NCBI GenBank assembly: GCA_017618275.1
Contig: JAFZUS010000111.1
Span: forward strand, 39,573-103,572
Source: Prevotella sp.
GTDB taxonomy: Bacteria > Bacteroidota > Bacteroidia > Bacteroidales > Bacteroidaceae
Length of the DNA stretch: 64,000 nucleotides
Reading direction: 5' to 3'
Made by a program: the position numbers and the translations under genes. How positions within the stretch are numbered: position 1 is the first letter of the stretch; the number at the start of each line of letters is the position of its first letter. A model generated the notes under the pieces. That model was not told the DNA's origin, did no database searches, and was given only the letters and a program-made list of their open reading frames with translations. This document shows positions 54,695 through 61,873 of this stretch, piece after piece.

Positions 54695-55573
54695 ATGAAA
54701 AAATTAATGTTTGTAGCCGTTATGGCTATTGCAGCCGCTGCATTTACCGGTTGCGGAAATTCTACTCCGAAGGCCAGCCTGAAGAGCGATGTTGATACAA
54801 TGAGTTATGCCATCGGTCTGGCACAGACTCAGGGTTTGAAGGAATACCTCGTGGGTAGCCTGGGCGTTGACACAGCCTATATGGCTGAGTTCATCAAGGG
54901 TCTCAACGAGGGTGCCAACGCTGGCGACAATAAGAAGAAGGCTGCCTACTATGCAGGTATCCAGATCGGTCAGCAGATCTCTACCCGTATGATCAAGGGT
55001 ATCAACCACGAGGTGTTCGGTGAGGATTCTACCAAGACCATCTCTATGAAGAACTTCATGGCTGGTTTCATCAGCGGTACAATCGGTAAGGGTGCCCTGA
55101 TGACAGTCGACTCTGCCCAGCAGGTTGCTCAGACTCTGATGCAGACCATCAAGGCTAAGGAGATGGAGAAGACCTATGGTCCGAACAAGGAGGCTGGTGA
55201 GAAGTTCCTCGCTGCCAATGCCAAGAAGGACGGTGTGAAGACCCTGCCCAGCGGTGTGCAGTACAAGGTCATCAAGGAAGGCACTGGTGCCATCCCCGCC
55301 GACACCTCACTCGTGAAGGTTCACTATGAGGGCCGTCTGCTGAACGACTCCATCTTCGACAGTTCATACAAGCGTGGTGAGCCTATCAACCTGCGCTGCA
55401 ACCAGACCATCAAGGGTTGGACCGATGCAATGGTTCACATGCCTGCCGGTTCTATCTGGGAGGTTTACATTCCTCAGGATCTCGCTTACGGTGAGCGTGA
55501 GCAGGGTATCATCAAGCCCTTCTCTATGTTGATTTTCAAGATTGAACTCCTTGAGGTTAATCCTAAGAAGTAA
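54695..55573 (+). CDS. FKBP-type peptidyl-prolyl isomerase lipoprotein
   Basis: Signal MKKLMFVAVMAIAAAAFTGC and an FKBP C-domain (LPSGVQYKVIKEGTG..VHYEGRLLNDSIFDSS). Confidence 0.9.
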   Translation: MKKLMFVAVMAIAAAAFTGCGNSTPKASLKSDVDTMSYAIGLAQTQGLKEYLVGSLGVDTAYMAEFIKGLNEGANAGDNKKKAAYYAGIQIGQQISTRMIKGINHEVFGEDSTKTISMKNFMAGFISGTIGKGALMTVDSAQQVAQTLMQTIKAKEMEKTYGPNKEAGEKFLAANAKKDGVKTLPSGVQYKVIKEGTGAIPADTSLVKVHYEGRLLNDSIFDSSYKRGEPINLRCNQTIKGWTDAMVHMPAGSIWEVYIPQDLAYGEREQGIIKPFSMLIFKIELLEVNPKK

Positions 55574-56487
55574 TGAAGAAAGTGATTATACTGGCACTCG
55601 CCCTTGTGGCGGGTGCTTCTTTGTATCCTGTCAGTGCAGGAAAGAAGAAAGACAAGAAACAACCCGAAACACCTGTTGTGGAGCCTGTGCAGTTGACCAC
55701 CAGCAGCGACTCTGTCAGTTATACAGCAGGTATGGATGCAACTAAGGGACTGGTTTCATTTTTGGTACAACAGGAGAAAGTAGACACTGCCTATATGGCT
55801 GACTTCCTGAAGGGATTTAAGGAAGTGGCGACTGCAGGCAATGACCTACAGAAGAGGGCTTATGCTGCTGGTATAGAGATTGCTGTTCAGGTGCGCGACC
55901 GCATTTTACCAGCTATGATGAAGGATTTCACTGATACGCCCGATTCTCTCATTGAGAGTCTTGTCTTTCGTGGCTTTACGGATGCCTTAGAGAATGATTC
56001 AACAATCTTCACTCATACTGATGCAGAGAGGTTCTTTAGAGAGCGTAGGGAAGTGAATATGGCAGCCAAAGAGGAGAAACTTTACGGTCCGAACCGTGAT
56101 GCCGGCGAGACGTTCCTGGCAGAGAATGCCAAGAAGGAAGGCGTGGTCACCACGCGTAGTGGCCTGCAATACAAGGTGCTTGTGAAGGGTGAGGGCGAGA
56201 TTCCCAAGGAAAAAGATAAGGTACAGGTACATTACGAGGGCCGTCTGGTGGACGGTACGGTATTCGACGCTTCCAAGAAGCATGGCGACAAACCTATTTC
56301 ATTCCGTGCCGACCAGGTCATCAAGGGTTGGACGGAGGCTCTGACCATGATGCCTGTGGGTTCGAAGTGGCAACTTTATATCCCCTACAAATTGGCCTAT
56401 GGCAATCGTAACCAAGGTGAGATTAAGCCTTACAGTGCCTTGATTTTCGACGTAGAACTCGTAGGAATCGTAAAGAGTGAAAAATAA
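55573..56487 (+). CDS. FKBP-type peptidyl-prolyl isomerase, secreted
   Basis: Signal peptide and an FKBP C-domain (RSGLQYKVLVKGEG..VHYEGRLVDGTVFDAS). The start overlaps the previous stop (TAATG). Confidence 0.9.
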   Translation: MKKVIILALALVAGASLYPVSAGKKKDKKQPETPVVEPVQLTTSSDSVSYTAGMDATKGLVSFLVQQEKVDTAYMADFLKGFKEVATAGNDLQKRAYAAGIEIAVQVRDRILPAMMKDFTDTPDSLIESLVFRGFTDALENDSTIFTHTDAERFFRERREVNMAAKEEKLYGPNRDAGETFLAENAKKEGVVTTRSGLQYKVLVKGEGEIPKEKDKVQVHYEGRLVDGTVFDASKKHGDKPISFRADQVIKGWTEALTMMPVGSKWQLYIPYKLAYGNRNQGEIKPYSALIFDVELVGIVKSEK

Positions 56488-56954
56488 TGGAGAAAATAGA
56501 TCATCTTGACAGGAAGATTCTGAGCATTCTCTCGAAGAATGCGCGAATCCCGTTTAAGGATGTGGCAGCCGAGTGTAATGTCTCGCGTGCCGCCATCCAC
56601 CAGCGTGTGCAGCACCTCATTGAGGCCGATGTCATTACGGGTAGCGGCTTTGACGTGAATCCGAAGAGTCTGGGTTATAGTACCTGTACTTATGTGGGTA
56701 TCAATCTGGAGAAAGGCTCGATGTATAAGGATGTGGTGGAGCGCCTGCAGCATATCCCCGAGGTGGTGGAGTGTCACTTTACCACAGGGCCTTACACGAT
56801 GATGGTGAAACTCTATGCTCGCGACAACGAACAGTTGATGGACTTGTTGAATGGCAAGTTGCAGGGCATTCCCGGTGTCGTGGCCACAGAGACCCTTATC
56901 TCGCTTGAACAGAGTATCAAACGCGAGATTCCTGTCAATCAGGATGAAGAATAA
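56487..56954 (+). CDS. Lrp/AsnC-family transcriptional regulator
   Basis: LDRKILSILSKNARIPFKDVAAECNVSRAAIHQRVQHL helix-turn-helix plus a C-terminal RAM/AsnC_trans_reg-like half. Confidence 0.9.
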   Translation: MEKIDHLDRKILSILSKNARIPFKDVAAECNVSRAAIHQRVQHLIEADVITGSGFDVNPKSLGYSTCTYVGINLEKGSMYKDVVERLQHIPEVVECHFTTGPYTMMVKLYARDNEQLMDLLNGKLQGIPGVVATETLISLEQSIKREIPVNQDEE

Positions 56955-56959
56955 CGGGT

Positions 56960-58708
56960 ATGGGTAAGTTTGAACTGCAGTCGTATCTCGACGGGGTCTA
57001 TTCGCGTTTCCCAGAGGCAGAGTATCAGCCTGTCATCGGTATCACTGGGAATTTCGAGGATATCACCTGTAAACTGAGTCAGGGATACTACCAGTCGGTG
57101 GTGGCTGCTGGTGGTGTACCGATGATTATCCCACCTGTCGAGGATGCCAATACGCTGGTCAATACACTTGACCGCATCGACGCACTTATCCTGAGCGGTG
57201 GTGGCGACATTAACCCCCTCTTTGGTGGCGATGAGCCTTCACCGAGGTTGCGTGGCATCAACCAGAAGCGCGACTTGCCCGAACTGATGATTACCCGTCT
57301 GGCCTATAACCGACAGATACCTATCCTGGGTATCTGTCGTGGCATTCAGACGCTCGCCATCGCCCTTGGTGGCAAGGTGGCACAGGATATCAGTATCCAG
57401 GCCAACATCAAGCACTCGCAGGAGGCCGATCGTGCTGAGCAGACACACAGCGTGAAGATTAACGAAGACTCCATCTTATACAAACTCTATGGCGAGGAGA
57501 AGATCTATGTCAACTCCTTCCACCATCAGGCCGTGAAAGATCCGGGTGACAAGTTCCGGGTGGTGGCGAAGTCGTCTGACGGCATCGTTGAGGCGATGGA
57601 GAGCAGCGAGTTCAAGTCCATTATCGGTGTGCAGTGGCATCCAGAGTGTTTCGAAGAGGGCATGCCCTTGTTCCGTTGGTTGGTGGAAGAGGCAAAGGCA
57701 TTCCGTCGTGCAAACGAACTGCATGACCGTGTGCTGACCCTCGACACCCATTGCGACACCCCGATGTTCTTCCCACAGGGTATTCATTTCGACCACCGAG
57801 ACTCGAAGATTCTCGTCGACCTCCACAAGATGAGTGAGGGTCGTGAGGATGCCACTATCATGGTGGCCTATCTGCCCCAGCCGAAGATTGGAGAGACCTT
57901 CTCTTCACTCGTCGATTTTGACGTGCCTGGGCCATTGGAATATGCTGACCTCATCTTCGACAAGATAGAGGAGATCGTGGAGGCCAATCGCAAATACATC
58001 AGCATTGCCCGTACACCAGGCGACCTTTATGAGGACAAGCGCAACGGACGTAAGTCGATCATGCTTGGCATTGAGAACGGACTGGCCCTCAACGGGCAGT
58101 TGCAGAATCTGCAGCATTTTGCCCAGCGTGGCGTGGTCTATATGACGCTCTGCCATAATGGCGACAACGAGATATGTGACTCGGCCAAGGGCTGTAATAC
58201 CCATGGCGGCGTGAGTCGTTTTGGCGAACAGGTGATTCGTGAGATGAACCGTCTTGGTATCATGGTCGACCTGAGCCATGCGGCTGAGAAGAGTTTTTAT
58301 GATGCCTTAGAGATCAGTAGCATGCCTATCGTATGTAGCCACAGCAGTTGTCGTGCGCTCTGCGATCATCCCCGTAACCTGACGGATGACCAGTTGCGCG
58401 CCTTGGCTGCCAAGGGTGGTGTGGCACAGACCACGCTCTATCCCGGTTTCCTGAAAAAAGATGGTGAGGCTACCATTATGGATGCGATTGCCCATCTGGA
58501 ACATGCCATCAAGATCATGGGTATCGACCATGTCGGACTGGGAACAGATTTCGACGGCGATGGTGGTGTGCGTGGCTTAGCCGATTCTTCCGAACTGATC
58601 AATTTTACCCGTCAGTTGCTGGTCCGCCGTTATAGTGAACGCGACATCCAGAAGATATGGGGTGGCAATTTCCTCCGTGTCATGGGAAAAGTACAAAATA
58701 AAAGGTAA
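56960..58708 (+). CDS. Fusion of a class-I glutamine amidotransferase-like (peptidase C26/PuuD-like) domain and a membrane-dipeptidase (peptidase M19) domain
   Basis: N-terminal half: ILGICRGIQTLAIALGG, FHHQAV, QWHPE. C-terminal half: LDTHCDTPM, VDLSHA, GLGTDFDGDGG. Confidence 0.8.
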   Translation: MGKFELQSYLDGVYSRFPEAEYQPVIGITGNFEDITCKLSQGYYQSVVAAGGVPMIIPPVEDANTLVNTLDRIDALILSGGGDINPLFGGDEPSPRLRGINQKRDLPELMITRLAYNRQIPILGICRGIQTLAIALGGKVAQDISIQANIKHSQEADRAEQTHSVKINEDSILYKLYGEEKIYVNSFHHQAVKDPGDKFRVVAKSSDGIVEAMESSEFKSIIGVQWHPECFEEGMPLFRWLVEEAKAFRRANELHDRVLTLDTHCDTPMFFPQGIHFDHRDSKILVDLHKMSEGREDATIMVAYLPQPKIGETFSSLVDFDVPGPLEYADLIFDKIEEIVEANRKYISIARTPGDLYEDKRNGRKSIMLGIENGLALNGQLQNLQHFAQRGVVYMTLCHNGDNEICDSAKGCNTHGGVSRFGEQVIREMNRLGIMVDLSHAAEKSFYDALEISSMPIVCSHSSCRALCDHPRNLTDDQLRALAAKGGVAQTTLYPGFLKKDGEATIMDAIAHLEHAIKIMGIDHVGLGTDFDGDGGVRGLADSSELINFTRQLLVRRYSERDIQKIWGGNFLRVMGKVQNKR

Positions 58709-58715
58709 AAAAGAG

Positions 58716-59738
58716 ATGAAGATAAGAAGTTCGAACATAGGTAGGAAGAGGATGGTAGACATTTTACCCTTTTACCTTTTTACCTTTTTATTTTTTATAA
58801 GTTGCGGTAATCTTCGTAAACAGACCAGCGACAACAGTGTGCTGATGCAGCCTGTTGGTCCCGCTTTCTGCGCTGATAGTGCCTATCAGTTCTGTCAGCA
58901 GCAATGCGACTTCGGGCCTCGTACGATGAATAGTCAGGCACACGACGCCTGTGAACAGTGGATCGTCCAGAAATTTCAGTCGTATGGCATGACCGTCATT
59001 CCTCAGAAGGCCATACTCCAAGGTTACGACGGGATGCCGCTCCGTAGTACGAACATCATTGCCAGTTACAAGCCCGAACTCACCTCGCGTGTCTTGCTCT
59101 GTGCCCACTGGGACTCCCGTCCTTGGGCCGACAACGACCCCGACGAGGCCAACTGGCACAAGCCCGTGATGGCAGCCAACGATGGTGCCTCAGGCGTGGC
59201 CGTGATGCTCGAGATCGCCCGTCTGCTTCCAGACTCTTTGGCATTAGGCGTCGACTTTATCTGCTTTGATGCTGAGGATTATGGCTTCCCCCAATGGGAG
59301 ACGAGTAAAGACCCAGGTAATACTTGGGCCTTGGGCTCACAGTACTGGTCGGCCAATCCCCATAAACAGGGCTATACTGCCCGTTACGGTATCTTACTCG
59401 ACATGGTGGGCGGACAGGGCGCACAGTTCTATCAGGAGATTATGTCAAAACATTATGCAGGCAACATTGTCGACAAGGTGTGGCGTGCTGCTTCTGTGGT
59501 GGGATATGGCTCTTTCTTCCCCATGAAAGAGGGTATAGGCATCACCGACGACCATATCCCAGTGAATACCGTTGCCAAGATTCCTTGCATCGATATTATT
59601 CCCTATTATCCTTTTTGCGAACAGAGTAGTTTTGGTCCCACATGGCATACCGTCAACGACGATATGGCCCATATCGACAAGAATACTCTTTTGGCCGTCG
59701 GTCAGACTGTCATCCAGGTGCTCTTCTCTGAACAGTGA
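58716..59738 (+). CDS. M28-family peptidase / glutaminyl-cyclase-like lipoprotein
   Basis: Lipobox FLFFISCG; LLCAHWDSRPWAD; NDGASGVAVMLEIAR; CFDAEDYG. The alternative start at 58752 is equally possible; the ORF-track start at 58635 overlaps the previous gene. Confidence 0.8.
   Translation: MKIRSSNIGRKRMVDILPFYLFTFLFFISCGNLRKQTSDNSVLMQPVGPAFCADSAYQFCQQQCDFGPRTMNSQAHDACEQWIVQKFQSYGMTVIPQKAILQGYDGMPLRSTNIIASYKPELTSRVLLCAHWDSRPWADNDPDEANWHKPVMAANDGASGVAVMLEIARLLPDSLALGVDFICFDAEDYGFPQWETSKDPGNTWALGSQYWSANPHKQGYTARYGILLDMVGGQGAQFYQEIMSKHYAGNIVDKVWRAASVVGYGSFFPMKEGIGITDDHIPVNTVAKIPCIDIIPYYPFCEQSSFGPTWHTVNDDMAHIDKNTLLAVGQTVIQVLFSEQ
58762..58796 (-). repeat. (GGTAAAAR)n-type repeat in reverse orientation, inside the signal-peptide coding region
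   Basis: ttttaccc ttttacc tttttacc ttttta tttttt, translated as ILPFYLFTFLFFI. Confidence 0.85.
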
Positions 59739-59744
59739 TATTTC

Positions 59745-60239
59745 CTATGCGTCGGCAAAAACCTTGCCGTCGTCGAGGGTGATCTGTAGTTTCGTATATT
59801 CGCTGTGGAAATCGTTTTTCAGACGGTCGAGATAGCGGGCGCTTTCCCATTTGCACATCGGTAGGTCGTGGAGCAGGTAATTGCCGCAGGCTTCAGGGCG
59901 TGTGGCGGGTACCTCTGTCTGCGTGAGAATCCACTGAAGGCATTCAATGGTCAGGTGTCGCATATCCTCCACAGTGTAAGAACCAGTCATGATGATATAC
60001 ATACCCGTGAGGCATCCCATAGGACCAACATACACCACATCATCCTTCACTTCGCTGTTGCGGAACCACGTGGCCATCAGATGCTCTAAACTGTGCATGG
60101 CTGCTGGAGCCACGGCGGGTTCCTGATTAGGTTCCGTGATACGTAGGTCGAAAGTGGTAAAGCCTTTGTCTTCGCGTGAGACATAGATACCCGGTTTCAA
60201 TTGGGTGTGGTCAATTGTAAAACTTTGTATGACTTCCAT
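59745..60239 (-). CDS. luxS: S-ribosylhomocysteine lyase
   Basis: HSLEHL metal-binding motif, GPMGCLTG active-site Cys, ~160 aa. Confidence 0.95.
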   Translation of the reverse strand: MEVIQSFTIDHTQLKPGIYVSREDKGFTTFDLRITEPNQEPAVAPAAMHSLEHLMATWFRNSEVKDDVVYVGPMGCLTGMYIIMTGSYTVEDMRHLTIECLQWILTQTEVPATRPEACGNYLLHDLPMCKWESARYLDRLKNDFHSEYTKLQITLDDGKVFADA

Positions 60240-60268
60240 TTATTATATTGAACATTGAGGGTTTAATA

Positions 60269-60916
60269 CTAAAGGCTTTCAACAAAAGACTTGGTGACGT
60301 GGAAGGACTTTTCTGCGATGGTGTTCCAAAAATCGTGATACTGCGAGGCATCGGTGTCGCGCAGGGGGATGTCGCTGATGACGCGGAACGAGATGAACGG
60401 CACCTTATAGATCAAGCACGTCTGTGCGATGGCGGCTGACTCCATATCCACGGCCTTTGCCTCGGGGAAGTGTCCGACGATTTCGCGCATCTTCTCCTTC
60501 GTATCCACAAACCAGTCGCCAGTGACGATAAGGCCAGGGTGTACCTTGATGTCCTTAAACAGGTCATTCAACTGCAGAGCCTTCTCCACTAACAGCGTAT
60601 CAGCCTCGAAGCGGGCGGGCATGCCCTGTACCTGTCCGTAGACGGTCTTGCCCACGGCCTCGCCGCAATACACGTCGTGGTAGGCCAGATGTGTGCTGAC
60701 CACCACATCTTGTATGTTGATGTCGTCGCCATTGCCACCGGCACAGCCTGTCGAGATAACCACGTCGGGATGAAATACGTTGATCATTTTGGCGGCCTGC
60801 AGGGCGGCGTTCACCTTGCCGATACCGCTCTTCTGCAGCAACACTTTACTTTCTGGAAACAAGGGACGGAGTTGCCTGAGTTCCTTCTCCATTGCTACGA
60901 TAATTCCTATTCTCAT
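60269..60916 (-). CDS. mtnN: 5'-methylthioadenosine/S-adenosylhomocysteine nucleosidase
   Basis: MRIGIIVAMEKE, SGIGKVNAA, STGCAGG, VDMESAAIAQ. Confidence 0.9.
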   Translation of the reverse strand: MRIGIIVAMEKELRQLRPLFPESKVLLQKSGIGKVNAALQAAKMINVFHPDVVISTGCAGGNGDDINIQDVVVSTHLAYHDVYCGEAVGKTVYGQVQGMPARFEADTLLVEKALQLNDLFKDIKVHPGLIVTGDWFVDTKEKMREIVGHFPEAKAVDMESAAIAQTCLIYKVPFISFRVISDIPLRDTDASQYHDFWNTIAEKSFHVTKSFVESL

Positions 60917-60924
60917 AATTTTAA

Positions 60925-61040
60925 GCCTCCTAAGTTAGGGGGGGATGGTTTGAACAAGCGAATCAGACCATATCTATATTTGTTTAACTTTTAGGAGTCT
61001 GCGCCTGTTCAGACCCCTGTGGCCCCCTAACTTAGGGGGC
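60925..61040. repeat. Pair of inverted near-palindromic G/C-clamped sites flanking a ~75-nt spacer
   Basis: gcctcctaagttaggggggg (60925-60944) and ggccccctaacttagggggc (61021-61040). cctaagttaggggg is the exact reverse complement of ccccctaacttagg. Confidence 0.8.
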
Positions 61041-61809
61041 GTATATGACGTTGACGCACGGCCTCGTACATCAGGATGGCTGCGCTGACGCTGACATTGA
61101 GTGAGTCGAGCCGTCCGAGCATGGGGATGCGGATATGCGCATTGGCGGCCTCGCGCCACTGTTGGGAGAGTCCCGTCGATTCCGTTCCCATGACGATGGC
61201 CGTCGCACGCCCCATGTCATAGTCGTAATAGTCGTAGGAGTCCTGTAACTGAGCCGTGAGGATGCGGATATGATGTTCCTTGAGGAAAGCGATACACTCT
61301 TTGGAGGTACAGACGGCTGTAGGCACACAGAAGACACCACCGATGCTGGCTCGGATGACGTTGGGATTATAGACATCTGTCAGCGGGTCGCACACGATGA
61401 CGGCATCCACGTTTGCTGCCTCCGCCGTGCGCAGGATGGCTCCGAGGTTGCCGGGTTTCTCCACGCTTTCCAGCACGACGATGAGCGGCTCCTTCTTTAG
61501 AGAGAGGTCTTTCAACCTGTGCTCCTTGCATTTGACGACAGCGATGCTGCCCTCAGTGCTCTCACGATAGGCCATTTTCTCATACACCTGCGACGTGACG
61601 AAGGTGGCGGGGATGTCACCCGTGTAGTTCAGACTGTCTAACACAAACAGTTCCTTCACCTCGTAGCCGCAGGCGATGCAGTGCTCTATCTCGCGCTGTC
61701 CCTCCACGATGAAGAGTCCCTCCTCACGTCGTAGCGATGACTTCTGCTGTAGGGCCACAACGTGCTTGATGCGGGCGTTCTGGACGCTGGTGATGATATT
61801 TTCTTCCAT
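61027..61809 (-). CDS. TrmH/SpoU-family RNA 2'-O-methyltransferase
   Basis: N-terminal substrate-binding domain, then SpoU motifs (LESVEKPGNLGAILRTAEA, IVMGTESTGLS, IPMLGRLDSLNVSVSAAILMYE). Confidence 0.85.
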   Translation of the reverse strand: MEENIITSVQNARIKHVVALQQKSSLRREEGLFIVEGQREIEHCIACGYEVKELFVLDSLNYTGDIPATFVTSQVYEKMAYRESTEGSIAVVKCKEHRLKDLSLKKEPLIVVLESVEKPGNLGAILRTAEAANVDAVIVCDPLTDVYNPNVIRASIGGVFCVPTAVCTSKECIAFLKEHHIRILTAQLQDSYDYYDYDMGRATAIVMGTESTGLSQQWREAANAHIRIPMLGRLDSLNVSVSAAILMYEAVRQRHIRPLS

Positions 61810-61817
61810 ATTCGCTG

Positions 61818-61825
61818 CAAAATTA
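61818..61825 (-). promoter_or_regulatory. -7 promoter box (TAATTTTG on the minus strand)
   Basis: caaaatta on the plus strand, 9 nt upstream of the start at 61809. Confidence 0.45.
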
Positions 61826-61838
61826 CAAAATTTCTTTG

Positions 61839-61846
61839 TAACTTTG
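61839..61846 (+). promoter_or_regulatory. -7 promoter box (TAACTTTG)
   Basis: 28 nt upstream of the ATG at 61874. Confidence 0.5.
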
Positions 61847-61873
61847 CACGCAGAATAAAAAAACTTGCAAGTT

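Noticed and set aside
59745-60916. luxS-mtnN adjacency as something unusual
   Set aside because: These are consecutive steps of the activated methyl cycle and are commonly linked. This is ordinary housekeeping.
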